From a bacterium (GTDB lineage: Bacteria > UBA8248), in the NCBI GenBank assembly GCA_965207065.1, contig OZ242260.1, forward strand, positions 3,712,001 through 3,776,000: 64,000 nt of DNA, written 5' to 3'. Shown here piece after piece: positions 39,075 through 49,609 of this stretch (the first letter of the stretch is position 1; each line of letters begins with the position of its first letter). The position numbers and the translations under genes are program-made. The notes beneath the pieces were generated by a model. It was not told the DNA's origin. It did not search any database and saw only the letters and a list, made by a program, of their open reading frames with translations.

Positions 39075-42000
39075 ATGGCGAAACTCCTCAAAAAAGCCTT
39101 CAACATCCAGGAAGAGGAGTTGCTCGTCTTCTCGGTATTCTTTTTCTTCTACTTCCTGATCGGGGTCCAGTTCTCCATCGGGCTCACCGTATCCGAAGCC
39201 CTGTTCCTCTCGGAAGTCGGCCCGGGCTTTCTCCCCTATATGTATATATTCAACGCCCTGATGATCATCTTCATCAGCACTTTCTACTCCTCGCTCACAG
39301 AAAAACTCTCGATTCCGGCGATGTTCAAGACCGTCTTGATCTTTTTCATCGCGCTCGTCTTCGGCATCAAATTGCTTATATTCGCCGATTTCCGCGCCTA
39401 TGCGATGCCGATCGCGTTTCCGCTTCTCCACACGCTGTTCGTCATGTTCACGAACATGCTGCCGAACAATTTCCGTGCCCTTTACGGCCAGTACCTGGAC
39501 GTTTTGCAATCCAAGCGGCTCGTTCCGATCATCCTCACCGGGGGGCGCTACGGCGGTATAGTGGGCGGTCTGGCGATTCCGCTCCTGATCCCCGTACTTG
39601 GGAGCGTCTCGAACCTGCTCTATATATGGATCGGCGCCATCGTCGTCAGCATCGGGGTGGTGCAGTACGCAGAATGGCGGCTCAGAGACCATCTCATCGA
39701 AGACGCGGGCCCAAAAAAACGCAAAACGACGAAGAAGACGGCATCAAAAGGCGGCAATCTCGCACTGATGAAGTCGAACAAATATGTCTGCGCGTTCGCG
39801 CTTTTCAGCTTCATCGTTGTGATTCTCAGGAGTTTTCAGGATTTCCAGTACAGCCTCATCTTCCGCGAGGTTTATCCCGATCGCGCGCAACTCGCCTCGT
39901 TCCTCGGGTATTTCACCGCCATCGGGAGCGCCTTCTCGCTGCTCGTGCAGACGTTCATCACCCCGCGCATCATCAAGCGGCTCGGACTGGGAACGGCGAA
40001 CCTCCTCTACCCGCTCACGACCATCATCGGCCTTGCCGGCATGGCGATTTCGCCCGGTTTCTATTCCGCCGTCTTCCTGCGCTTCAACAACAAGAATCTC
40101 CAGGAATCGATTCGAAACGCCATCAACGCCCTGCTCTATAACGCCGTCTCCCCCTCGATCCGCGCGCGCGTGGGCGCGTTCGTCGCCGGCCAGGTGGTCG
40201 CCGTGGCCAGCATCGTCAGCGGCGTCACCCTGCTCATCATCAAACCCACCGGCCTCGCCCTATTCCCCCTGAGCGCAGGCCAATTGGCGCTCATCTCCCT
40301 GTTCATCGCGTTCGCCTATCTCGCCACAGGCTTCTTCGTGCGCCATGAATACGGCGCCGCGCTGCGCCGAATGCTCGAGGAGCGAAACCTGGGGCTGTTC
40401 CGCTACGCCCAGGAGGGATACGGCCCGGTTGACGATGAGAACATGGCGATACTCAGAAAAAACATCCGCGAGGGGGATGACGATCTTAGCGTCTTCACGG
40501 CACAGATGATGGCGGAAAGCGGCAGAAGCGAAACCAGTCAAATTATTCTCGAAGAAGTCCCCCGGCGGAAAGGACATGCGGCGGCCGAGTTGCTGAAAAT
40601 TCTCGCCAAGGCGCCCGGCGCCGAAGTGGGCGAGAAAATACGGCCCCTGCTGGAGGAATACCTCACTTGCGAGGAGCCCGTCCTGCAGTGCGCCGCCATG
40701 GATGCGGCCGAATCCATCGGACTGACGGAGGAAACGGCGGAACTGGTTCACGAGAACCTGGAGAGCGGCTCCCCCGAAGTCAGGGCGCGCGCCGTCGAGC
40801 TGCTTGTACGCTCCGATGACCTGTTCTGGCTCGCCAACGGCCTCCAAACGCTCCACCGGATGCTGAACGAAGAAGACGCGGCGGCCAGAGTCTGCGCCCT
40901 CAGGTGCATGGGAGAGCTCCAGAATCCGCGCTTCATCAAACGGTTGATTCCCTATCTCTACCAGAACGAGGAGAAAGTCCGCGAAGCCGCTTTGGAGGCG
41001 ATAGAAGTTCTGGCCATGAACCAGGGGGTCGATGAGGAGAGCATGGACGAAGTCATCCGGGTGACCACCTCGGATGAGAGTGCGGCCATCAGGCGAAGAG
41101 GCGTCCGGCAACTGGGCAACAAAGGCACGCGGGAGAATTTCGAACGCGCCCTGACCGCTCTTTCGGACGTCGATTCTCTGGTGAGGCGAGAGGCCGTCGA
41201 ATCGCTCAAGAACATGAAGCGAAAAGGAACCCTCTCTCTCGAAGGCTCCGGTCTTGTATCGTTCATCGCTCCGCTGTTGTTCAAAAGCGCGAAAAACGGC
41301 TCCCGCGAGATGAGCGAGCAGGAAATCGTGGACTCCCTCTCCGGGTTCGCAGTCGAACACCTGAAGGAGGTGTATGACGTCATCAATCACCTGCACGTCA
41401 TCGAACGCCGGGAAAACGTATCCGCCTTCACGATGTTAAGAAAAGCGCTCGAAGACGTCGTCGCGGAAAGACAACTCGTCCTGCTGGAATTGCTGGGGGT
41501 GATAGGGGACGAGAAAACGGTGGACACCGTGTCGGAGTCCCTCTCCCGGGGCGGCTCCTCATCGAGAGCGATCGCCATCGAGACGCTCTCGAACTTCTCC
41601 TCGACAGGAAATACGAGACTCCTGATTCTGGCCCTGGAGCCTCTGTTGCTCGGCAGATCGACCGCCGATAAGGTTTCCGAGGGCAGGAAACTATGGGAGA
41701 TACCCGAAAAATCGATCGATGAGGTTCTGACGACCTACATGGATTCCGAGAACGCGTGGCTGGAAGCCATCGCCGTGGATGCGGCGGGCAAACATCTTGC
41801 CGGCGAAGCGGATGGAGAAACCGCCTCGCGGCGCGCGCAGTTCAAGGAGCGGGCAACCGAGGGCGACCCGTACGTCCGTGAGGCCGCGGTTGCCGCTTTA
41901 AGAATAATCAAGAAAGATGAAGACGACGTTGTGTCGTTATTCAGAACCCTGGAAAATGACGAGAGTCAACAGGTTCGCCTTCAGGTACGCCGCGAACTCC

Positions 42001-42476
42001 TGCGTTATGAGGGAAGCGGCGAAAATCTATCCGAACAGGAGAAAATCATGCTCTCGACCATCGAAAAAGCCTTGTTCCTGAAAGGCGTCAACATGTTCGA
42101 GACGATGAGCGCGGATGAACTGAAAATACTGAGCAACATTTCCAGGGAAATTCAGATAGAGGCGGGAAAGGTTCTTTTCGAGCAGGGAGACCCCTGCGAT
42201 TACCTCTATGTCATCGTGGATGGGGAAATAGAGATCATCCTCAACCAGGAGAGCGGGGAACCCAGGATTCTCGCCACGCTCGCCCCCCCGAACTCGTTCG
42301 GTGAAATCGCGCTGTTTGGCGATGAGGGAAGAAGCGCAGGCGCGCGCGCGAGCCGGGACACCTCACTGCTGGGCATCGAAAAAGAACCTCTTCTCGAACT
42401 GATCCACGAGCACCCGACCATCTCCATCGCCATCATCGGCCAGCTCGCCGGCATCATCAGAAGCCAGAACGAATAG
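39075..42476 (+). CDS. Npt/TLC-like MFS transporter fused to HEAT repeats and a C-terminal cyclic-nucleotide-binding domain
   Basis: About 12 TM in the first ~430 aa (QSKRLVPII, RLGLG), HEAT-like VR..A repeats, FEQGD...FGEIAL..RSA cNMP motif. Confidence 0.88.
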   Translation: MAKLLKKAFNIQEEELLVFSVFFFFYFLIGVQFSIGLTVSEALFLSEVGPGFLPYMYIFNALMIIFISTFYSSLTEKLSIPAMFKTVLIFFIALVFGIKLLIFADFRAYAMPIAFPLLHTLFVMFTNMLPNNFRALYGQYLDVLQSKRLVPIILTGGRYGGIVGGLAIPLLIPVLGSVSNLLYIWIGAIVVSIGVVQYAEWRLRDHLIEDAGPKKRKTTKKTASKGGNLALMKSNKYVCAFALFSFIVVILRSFQDFQYSLIFREVYPDRAQLASFLGYFTAIGSAFSLLVQTFITPRIIKRLGLGTANLLYPLTTIIGLAGMAISPGFYSAVFLRFNNKNLQESIRNAINALLYNAVSPSIRARVGAFVAGQVVAVASIVSGVTLLIIKPTGLALFPLSAGQLALISLFIAFAYLATGFFVRHEYGAALRRMLEERNLGLFRYAQEGYGPVDDENMAILRKNIREGDDDLSVFTAQMMAESGRSETSQIILEEVPRRKGHAAAELLKILAKAPGAEVGEKIRPLLEEYLTCEEPVLQCAAMDAAESIGLTEETAELVHENLESGSPEVRARAVELLVRSDDLFWLANGLQTLHRMLNEEDAAARVCALRCMGELQNPRFIKRLIPYLYQNEEKVREAALEAIEVLAMNQGVDEESMDEVIRVTTSDESAAIRRRGVRQLGNKGTRENFERALTALSDVDSLVRREAVESLKNMKRKGTLSLEGSGLVSFIAPLLFKSAKNGSREMSEQEIVDSLSGFAVEHLKEVYDVINHLHVIERRENVSAFTMLRKALEDVVAERQLVLLELLGVIGDEKTVDTVSESLSRGGSSSRAIAIETLSNFSSTGNTRLLILALEPLLLGRSTADKVSEGRKLWEIPEKSIDEVLTTYMDSENAWLEAIAVDAAGKHLAGEADGETASRRAQFKERATEGDPYVREAAVAALRIIKKDEDDVVSLFRTLENDESQQVRLQVRRELLRYEGSGENLSEQEKIMLSTIEKALFLKGVNMFETMSADELKILSNISREIQIEAGKVLFEQGDPCDYLYVIVDGEIEIILNQESGEPRILATLAPPNSFGEIALFGDEGRSAGARASRDTSLLGIEKEPLLELIHEHPTISIAIIGQLAGIIRSQNE

Positions 42477-42601
42477 CTTGGGGCAAGACGACGCGCCGCA
42501 TGAGCGCCCGATGTCTTCATCGTGAACCACATCTTGTTTTCCGCATATTCTCCCCGTCTGGAGGCGGGTATACGTTGCATTGAAACTACCCCCTTTTAAG
42601 G

Positions 42602-42630
42602 TTGACGCCCGCCCTGCCCGTACCTATAAT
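42602..42630 (+). promoter_or_regulatory. sigma70 promoter of the octaheme cytochrome gene
   Basis: TTGACG-N17-TATAAT. Confidence 0.7.
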
Positions 42631-42698
42631 CAGCCGGATTTTAGCCAAGAAACCCGGAATTTCCGCTCAGAACGCCGGTGGGGGAGCGTTTTTTCAAG

Positions 42699-45626
42699 AT
42701 GCAAGGTCGAGACTTCAAGCCTCCGGAAGAGAAAACCAGTCCAATCACGTTTTTCATCCTAGGCCTCATCATGGTCGCGGTGACGTTTTGGACCGTCTGG
42801 GACGAAGCGTTCACGCGCAGACCCTGGAAGCAATACCAGAAACAGTTCAACGCCTATGAAAGAACCCAGGTAGAGAAAGAACTCGCCAGTCTCAAGAAAA
42901 CCACGGGTTCCGCGGTCGCCGACCTCGACAAGAAAATCGCCGCGCAACAACAAAAACTCGCCACAGACGAAGAACTCAAACAACTCAAGGACGAACTCAC
43001 GAAAAGCGAGTTGGACGCTTTCGAGAAAGTGCAGGAGCTGGCCTTCAGAAAAGCGCTTTTCGATCAGTCCTACTTCTATCTTCAGGAAGCCATCCGGCAG
43101 GGACACGATAAAGAAGCCGAGCAAAAGGAAGTCGACGAAGCCAAGGCCCTGCTCGATGAGATAACACCCATCGCGGCGAAAGCCGAAGCTGCCAGAGACG
43201 CGATAAAGGCGAAGATTGAGGCCAAAGAAAAAGAGTTGAAAACGCTCGAAGCGACGAGACGAAAAGTGGCGGGCGATATTTCCTTCCAGGAGCGCCGGCT
43301 GAAAGGCATCGCCGCCCGCCCCTATGAAATCAGCCAACTCGTCCTTCGCGAATACGAACGCAACAATTTCAACGAACCCGTGATGAAAGTCGAACGGTGC
43401 CAGACCTGTCACCTGGGCATCAACAGGGCGGGCTTCGAGGATGCGCCCCAGCCGTTCCGCACGCATCCCAACAGACGCCTGTATCTCTCGACGCACGAAT
43501 TCAACAAGGTCGGCTGCACGCTTTGCCACGGCGGCCAGGGAACGGCCGTCACCAGCCTCAATACGGCCCACGGCTATGTGCAATTCTGGGAAGACCCCCT
43601 CCTCCGCGGCAGCGAAACGCAAACCAAGTGCAGAAGCTGCCACACCGAGATATTCAACATTCCCGAAGCGCCCAAAATCTCGCGCGGCATCTCGCTCACC
43701 CGGGAACTCGGATGCAACGGCTGCCACACCCTCCCGGGCACGGAAGGCCTGCGCAAGGTGGGGCCGGACCTCTCGAGAATCCAGGAGAAAGTGGCGCCCG
43801 CCTGGCTCGTCTCCTGGGTCAAAAGGCCGAAAGACTACAACCCGCGCACCCGGATGCCCTATTTCAGCCTGACGGACCAGGACGCGCTGGACATCGCCAC
43901 ATACGTCTGGCGGCAGGGCCCGCGCAAGGTGGAATCGGCCGAGTTCCCGAATCTGGACGACGCCTCTCTGATACAAAAAGGAAAATCCGTATTCGAAGAC
44001 GTCGGTTGTCTGGGCTGTCACATCCGCAACGAAAAAGATGCGGAACCCGGGCCCCCGCTCGAGGGCGTGAACGGCAGGCCCCTCGTGTACAGGAACCGCG
44101 ATTTCGCGCCGGCGCTTCAGAACATCGGCGCCAAGGTCCAGCCCGACTGGCTGTTCCGGTGGCTGAAAAACCCGAAGGCGTACTGGCATGACACCAAGAT
44201 GCCGAGCCTTCGACTCACGGATGAGGAGGCGAGCGCGGTCACCTCGTATCTCATCAGCCTCACGCCCGCCTCGAAGCGGCCCAAACCCCGGAAGCTGGGC
44301 GATGAGGCCTCCTTTGAGCGCGGCAAGAAACTCGTGGCGACGCGCGGTTGTTTCGGCTGCCACGTCATCCCCGGCACCGAGAAACTCTCGAAAATCGGGC
44401 CGGACCTGACACGATTCGCCGCCAAAAAACCGTTCGAACTATCGTTCGGCAACGTGGTGGATATGCCCCACACATGGGAATCCTGGACCTTCGGGAAGCT
44501 CAAAAACCCGCAACTCTACCAGACAGAGCGCGAGACGCTGCTCATGCCGAACTTCGAATTCTCGGACGCGGAAGTCTCCTCCATTCGCACCCTGCTGCGC
44601 TCCATGACGCCGCACGGCGCGCCGCACAGCGTCCACCAGGTGCTCGACACGCGCGCCCGGCGAATCGAAAACGGCCGCCGGATGATCGAGAAATACAACT
44701 GCAACGGCTGCCACGTCATCGAGAATTGGGGCGGCGACCTCCTCAGGCGCTATGAAGACAAGACGAACGGCCCGCCACTGCTGAACGGCGAGGGCAGAAA
44801 AGTCCAGCCCGATTGGTTCTTCGGCTTCCTGCGCAACGTCGTGACGCTGAGGCCATGGCTCAAGGTGCGGATGCCCAGCTTCCAGATGCCCGACGAAGAC
44901 GCCGCGGCACTCGTGGACTACTTCGCCGCGCTGGACTCGAAACTGAACCCCTACATCCATTTCGACGCCAAGAGCGTGAGCGCGGAAAACTACAAGGCCG
45001 GAAAGCAACTCTTCGAGATGGCCGAATGTCTGGCCTGTCATGGCGCATGGCCGCCTCCGCCGGGGCAGGAGCCACCGACGGCGCCGAACCTCTCGTTCGC
45101 CAAGAATCGCCTGCGTCCCGACTGGGTAGTCGACTGGCTGATATATCCGGGCAGAATCCAGCCCGGAACCAAGATGCCGAATTTCTTCGAGGGCGCGGGT
45201 TCAGTGGCCGATATCGTCAAGGGCGTCCAGGGAGAGAAGGAAGACGACCTGTTCATCTACGAGCTCGAAGCCACCAAGGAAGTCGAATTGCCGGAAGAGC
45301 AATTCGCCACCCTGCGGGTCGGAGGCGCTACCCACCTCGTGAAGGTAACGGAAATCGATGAAAAGAAAATGACCATCTCCTCGCCCACCGATCTCGGAAA
45401 GAGCATCGGCAAAGCGACGATAGAGAGCCACGGCGAGCCCATCGACGAGGAACTCCTCGGGGGAGACGCGTACCGGCAAATCCGCGCGATGCGCGATTAC
45501 ATGATGATCGAGACGAATTTCCTCAAACCCGCTGAGTCCAGCGCGAAGAACGAGGCGCCTCAAACGGATAAACCCGAAAAAGAAGCCGAGAACAAACAGA
45601 CAGATAGCGACGCATCGCCTGGCTAG
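42699..45626 (+). CDS. membrane-anchored octaheme cytochrome c, probable Rieske/cytb-associated subunit
   Basis: N-terminal TM, coiled coil, eight CxxCH (CQTCH, CTLCH, CRSCH, CNGCH, CLGCH, CFGCH, CNGCH, CLACH), repeated P..T(R/K)MP. Confidence 0.9.
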   Translation: MQGRDFKPPEEKTSPITFFILGLIMVAVTFWTVWDEAFTRRPWKQYQKQFNAYERTQVEKELASLKKTTGSAVADLDKKIAAQQQKLATDEELKQLKDELTKSELDAFEKVQELAFRKALFDQSYFYLQEAIRQGHDKEAEQKEVDEAKALLDEITPIAAKAEAARDAIKAKIEAKEKELKTLEATRRKVAGDISFQERRLKGIAARPYEISQLVLREYERNNFNEPVMKVERCQTCHLGINRAGFEDAPQPFRTHPNRRLYLSTHEFNKVGCTLCHGGQGTAVTSLNTAHGYVQFWEDPLLRGSETQTKCRSCHTEIFNIPEAPKISRGISLTRELGCNGCHTLPGTEGLRKVGPDLSRIQEKVAPAWLVSWVKRPKDYNPRTRMPYFSLTDQDALDIATYVWRQGPRKVESAEFPNLDDASLIQKGKSVFEDVGCLGCHIRNEKDAEPGPPLEGVNGRPLVYRNRDFAPALQNIGAKVQPDWLFRWLKNPKAYWHDTKMPSLRLTDEEASAVTSYLISLTPASKRPKPRKLGDEASFERGKKLVATRGCFGCHVIPGTEKLSKIGPDLTRFAAKKPFELSFGNVVDMPHTWESWTFGKLKNPQLYQTERETLLMPNFEFSDAEVSSIRTLLRSMTPHGAPHSVHQVLDTRARRIENGRRMIEKYNCNGCHVIENWGGDLLRRYEDKTNGPPLLNGEGRKVQPDWFFGFLRNVVTLRPWLKVRMPSFQMPDEDAAALVDYFAALDSKLNPYIHFDAKSVSAENYKAGKQLFEMAECLACHGAWPPPPGQEPPTAPNLSFAKNRLRPDWVVDWLIYPGRIQPGTKMPNFFEGAGSVADIVKGVQGEKEDDLFIYELEATKEVELPEEQFATLRVGGATHLVKVTEIDEKKMTISSPTDLGKSIGKATIESHGEPIDEELLGGDAYRQIRAMRDYMMIETNFLKPAESSAKNEAPQTDKPEKEAENKQTDSDASPG

Positions 45627-45648
45627 GTTTTAACATTCCACATAAAAC

Positions 45649-45675
45649 AAGCGCCTCGAACGGGGCGCTTTTTTT
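45649..45675 (+). terminator. Rho-independent terminator between convergent cytochrome c and nfi
   Basis: AAGCGCCTCG-AA-CGGGGCGCTT followed by a T-run. Confidence 0.8.
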
Positions 45676-46363
45676 ATGCTCTTTTCCGCTTCTTCCGCTC
45701 CTCACCCACGCGCCTGTGGGCCGCGCGTATCACCTCGGGGAGGCGGAATCTGGAAGTGGCCGCAAGCACCCAATGGAGCGAATCTTCGATGTCGATAAGG
45801 TGGCCGGGAGAAACGTACACGGGCTTCACGCCCCGCCTCGTCCTGAGAACGGCGCCTATCTCCAGCCCATCGGGTGAGCGCAGGTATCGCCAATCGCCCT
45901 TCTCCTCTCCCGGCGGTTCGGCCGCTTCGCCGAACAAGCGGCTCTTGGCGCACCCGATGGAAGGCACGCCCAGCCGAAGGCCCAGGTGCGAGGCGATGCC
46001 GAATCCCCTGGGATGGGCCGTGCCCTGACCGTCGAAGATGATGAGGTCCGGTTTTTCCCTCAATCCCAGAAATGCTTCTTCGAGCAAAAACCCTTCCCGG
46101 AAAGAGAGCAGCCCCGGCACGTAGGGGAACCGCAAATCTCCGCCGTAGAATGATTCGTCGATGAGCTGCATATCCGGCCAGGAGAAAACGACCATGCCCC
46201 CGACGCCGAAGCGGCCGCGCCACTCGCATGAGATATCGGCGCCCGCAATCGTTTTCGGCGCGGCGGACAACGGATGCAGGGCCAGGTGTTTTTCAAGCGC
46301 TTTTTGGAGCCGAACCGCTTCGGAGGGCGCGATCTCCCAGGAATGATGGAGCGAGTCGGTCAT
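45674..46363 (-). CDS. nfi: endonuclease V
   Basis: GADIS, FPYVPGLLSFRE, DGQGTAHPRGFGIASH, GCAKS, PVYVSPGH motifs. Confidence 0.96.
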   Translation of the reverse strand: MTDSLHHSWEIAPSEAVRLQKALEKHLALHPLSAAPKTIAGADISCEWRGRFGVGGMVVFSWPDMQLIDESFYGGDLRFPYVPGLLSFREGFLLEEAFLGLREKPDLIIFDGQGTAHPRGFGIASHLGLRLGVPSIGCAKSRLFGEAAEPPGEEKGDWRYLRSPDGLEIGAVLRTRRGVKPVYVSPGHLIDIEDSLHWVLAATSRFRLPEVIRAAHRRVGEERKKRKRA

Positions 46364-46470
46364 GAATCCGCTATCGATCCTTGAAGGGGCGAGTGGCTAA
46401 CGGCGTCATTCGCCTCGGTGATGAGACGATGGGGATGCGCGCCATTACGCCGAGACGGCGGGAAAGAGAC

Positions 46471-48705
46471 CTACTCCGTGGGAATCTGCGGAACCTTCCC
46501 CTTGACCGGGGCCACCTCGGGTGCGATGCGGTTGACGGAGTAGATATATTTTTCGCCGCGAACCTTCTTGACGACTTCATTGAGTTGGGCCAGATCATGC
46601 ACCTGAACGTCCAGACGAATCTTCGCCCTGCTCCCGGAGGTCTCGGCCTCGACACGCGAGATGTTCGCATCACAGGTCGCGATGTCGGCGCTCAGGCTCG
46701 CCAGCACGCCCGGCCTGTCGCGCGCCTCGATGACGAGCGTCACCAGGTGCATCTGATCCTTGTCGACTTCCCCCCAGGAAACCTCCACCAGGCGCTCCTG
46801 ATCGTCCATCAGCGCCTTGATGTTGGGACAATTCTCGTTGTGCACCGTCACGCCGCGTCCGCGCGTGATGAAACCCACGATCCCGTCGCCCGGAATCGGC
46901 TGGCAGCATTTCCCGTAACGGATCAAAACGTCGTCCTGGCCTTTGACGAGGATGCCCGATTTGTTCTTGTGGCGGCTCACGCGGTTCACGAGGCGCCTGA
47001 GGCGGGAGTTCTCCCGCTTTTCCCGCTCGCGCACGAGTTGTTCGGGCAACAGCTTGTGCACCACCTGCCGCGCGGATACGCGACCGAAGCCAATCGACGT
47101 CAGCAAGTCTTCATCGCTCTGAACCCCGAAGGAGCGCGCCACCTGCTGCAGCTCCCCGGGCTTCATGTATCCCTCGACTTCCTTCTTCTCCACGCATCGC
47201 TCCAGCTCATGTTCGAGCAACTCATGGCCGAGCGTGAGGGAGCGCTCTTTCTGTTCCTGCCTGATCCAGTTTCTGATTTTCTGCTTCGCCCGGGCGGTGA
47301 CGACGAACTTCAGCCAGTCCGCACTGGGCCTGCGGTGCGGATTCGTGATGATCTCGACGATGTCGCCGTTCTCGAGCAGCGTGCTGAGCGGCGTGATTTT
47401 TCCGTTCACCTTCACGCCTACGCAACGGCTCCCCACTTCCGTATGGATGGAGAAAGCGTAATCCACCGGTGTCGCCCCGCGCGGAAGGCTCTTCACCTCA
47501 CCCCGGGGCGTAAAGACGAACACCTCGTCCTGAAACAGATTCACCTTGACGGAGTCGACCAGATTCCTGGGGTCGGACTCCTCGTTCAGGCTTTCCACGA
47601 TTCTCCTGATCCACTCGAATTTGTCGGCCATGCCGTCGTCGGCCTCATCGCCCCCCTTGTACTTCCAGTGCGCGGCGATGCCCTCCTCCGCCACCCGGTG
47701 CATTTCCCTGGTGCGAATCTGGAACTCCACCCTCTGGCCCTCCGGCCCCACCACGGTGGTGTGAAGAGACTGATACAGATTCGCCTTGGGGAGTGCGATG
47801 TAGTCCTTGAAGCGGCCGGGGATGGGCGTCCATTTCGAGTGCAGGACGCCTAATACCGCGTAACAATCCTTCATGGAATCCACGATGATTCTTACGCCGC
47901 AAATGTCATACACCTGATGGAAATCGAGGTTTTGCGTCTGCATTTTCTCATAGATGCTGGAGTGGAGCTTGAACCTGGCGGACGCGGCGCCGTCGACGCC
48001 TTCGAGTTCCAGGCTCTCCTTCACCTGCTCGATGATCAGTTCCATGTATGCTTCGCGATCCTTGAGGCCGTCCCGGAGCATCTCGTCGATTTCGATAAAT
48101 TCCTTGGGATGCAGGTGCTTGAACGCCACGTCCTCGAGTGCTCCCTTGAGCCATCCGATGCCGATGCGATTGGCGAGCGGCGCGTATATTTCCGCGGTCT
48201 CCCGCGCAATGCGTTCTCTGCTTTTCTGGGGGAGGTGGTGGAGCGTCAGCGCGTTGTGGAGCCTGTCGGCGAGTTTGATGATGATGACGCGAATATCCTT
48301 CGCCATGGCGATCAGCATCTTGCGGTAGCTTTCCGCCTGGCGAACCTGTGTGTTCGAGACGTCGATCTTGGCGAGCTTCGTGACGCCGTCCACGAGTTCG
48401 GCGACGTCATGTCCGAAATGCTCGTCAACTTCCTTGAGCGTCGTGGCGGTGTCCTCCACGGTGTCATGGAGAAGCCCCGCGCATACGGTCTCGGGGTCCT
48501 GGCGCAACTCCGCCAGAAGCCGGGCCACTTCCAACGGGTGGGATATGTAGGGTTCGCCGGAAATGCGGGATTGTCCCTTATGGACCTTCGCCGTGAAGAT
48601 ATATGCTTTGGTGAGCAGATCCGAGCAGTCGGGCGAGTAATCCTCGACCAGATCGACGATGTCCATGATCCGGGCGGGAGGGCGTGACGTCAAAACTGGA
48701 GGCAA
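46471..48705 (-). CDS. relA: bifunctional (p)ppGpp synthetase/hydrolase (long RSH)
   Basis: HDTVED hydrolase motif, KDYIALPKANLYQSLHT, EFQIRT, TGS, CC and ACT domains; TTG 48705 follows GAGGAGG. Confidence 0.95.
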   Translation of the reverse strand: MPPVLTSRPPARIMDIVDLVEDYSPDCSDLLTKAYIFTAKVHKGQSRISGEPYISHPLEVARLLAELRQDPETVCAGLLHDTVEDTATTLKEVDEHFGHDVAELVDGVTKLAKIDVSNTQVRQAESYRKMLIAMAKDIRVIIIKLADRLHNALTLHHLPQKSRERIARETAEIYAPLANRIGIGWLKGALEDVAFKHLHPKEFIEIDEMLRDGLKDREAYMELIIEQVKESLELEGVDGAASARFKLHSSIYEKMQTQNLDFHQVYDICGVRIIVDSMKDCYAVLGVLHSKWTPIPGRFKDYIALPKANLYQSLHTTVVGPEGQRVEFQIRTREMHRVAEEGIAAHWKYKGGDEADDGMADKFEWIRRIVESLNEESDPRNLVDSVKVNLFQDEVFVFTPRGEVKSLPRGATPVDYAFSIHTEVGSRCVGVKVNGKITPLSTLLENGDIVEIITNPHRRPSADWLKFVVTARAKQKIRNWIRQEQKERSLTLGHELLEHELERCVEKKEVEGYMKPGELQQVARSFGVQSDEDLLTSIGFGRVSARQVVHKLLPEQLVREREKRENSRLRRLVNRVSRHKNKSGILVKGQDDVLIRYGKCCQPIPGDGIVGFITRGRGVTVHNENCPNIKALMDDQERLVEVSWGEVDKDQMHLVTLVIEARDRPGVLASLSADIATCDANISRVEAETSGSRAKIRLDVQVHDLAQLNEVVKKVRGEKYIYSVNRIAPEVAPVKGKVPQIPTE

Positions 48706-48836
48706 CGAATTTCCTCCTCTTTCGACTTGCTCGGCCTGATGACGAAAAAGAGCAAAATCAGACCCTTGCAATGATTATGGGCCTCTTGCAAAGGAAACGC
48801 TACCTGAGCGCCGATATAGCGTCAAGGAGTTCGCCC

Positions 48837-48868
48837 AAAAAAAGACTCCCCCGATGCCGGGGGAGTCT
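48837..48868 (-). terminator. Rho-independent terminator after ferredoxin
   Basis: 11-bp stem AGACTCCCCCG/CGGGGGAGTCT with a T-run on the minus strand. Confidence 0.85.
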
Positions 48869-48887
48869 GGATGTGAAATGTCTCGTC

Positions 48888-49367
48888 TTAATATGCGCGC
48901 AGTGGCGAGGTGACGAACTCGTGCATGAACGGCGTCATGTACTCGGATTCGTCGTCGTGCTTGGGCACGATTATCGCTCCCTTGTTGCAAATCTCCTCGC
49001 ACAGACGACAGCCGACGCAGGTGGACTGATCCACCACGGCCACCGCGCTGTGGTCGCGCTCCACCGAAGACGGCGCCATGCGGATGCAGTCGAACGGGCA
49101 GACGTCCACGCACCAGATGCAGCCCGTGCAGTTTTCCTCGAGCACGAACGCCTTGGGCATTTCCTTGTGCTTGATGTTCTTGATGATGTCGCCCATATCG
49201 TCCTGAATGGCGAAAGCCGGGCAATACTTGCCGCACACGCCGCAATCGATGCAGAGCGTGGGGTCGATCATGTAGATATCGCGCGGCTCGCCCGTGATGG
49301 CTTTCGTGGGGCAGACGGGTTCGCATACCGAACACCCGATGCAAGCGTCAAAAATGAAATGGGGCAT
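48888..49367 (-). CDS. 4x[4Fe-4S] polyferredoxin
   Basis: Four CxxCxxCxxxC motifs; GAGG RBS before ATG 49367. Confidence 0.9.
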   Translation of the reverse strand: MPHFIFDACIGCSVCEPVCPTKAITGEPRDIYMIDPTLCIDCGVCGKYCPAFAIQDDMGDIIKNIKHKEMPKAFVLEENCTGCIWCVDVCPFDCIRMAPSSVERDHSAVAVVDQSTCVGCRLCEEICNKGAIIVPKHDDESEYMTPFMHEFVTSPLRAY

Positions 49368-49609
49368 AACCGCGCCTCTTTTCTGACTCGATTCAGAATG
49401 GGCGACCCGCCGGAAGAAATTACATCCCGGCGAAATCCTTTCGATTAAATAGATATATCCATTCCGCACGCCGGTTGTCAAGGCGTTCTGCAGGTGAAAT
49501 ACCTTCAAATTCAGGAGCGAAACTCTTGAATCTCTTGCCCTCGGCCCGGATTTGCGTCAGAATGCGGGCGTAACATTTTTATCACCAATTCGACTGAAAA
49601 GGATTCGAG

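Noticed and set aside
42759-44363. Long antisense ORFs (also 46381-47853, 32313-33614, 9713-10843, 30117-31208, 59227-60345)
   Set aside because: They lie opposite well-supported genes and have no motifs; expected shadows in GC-rich DNA.
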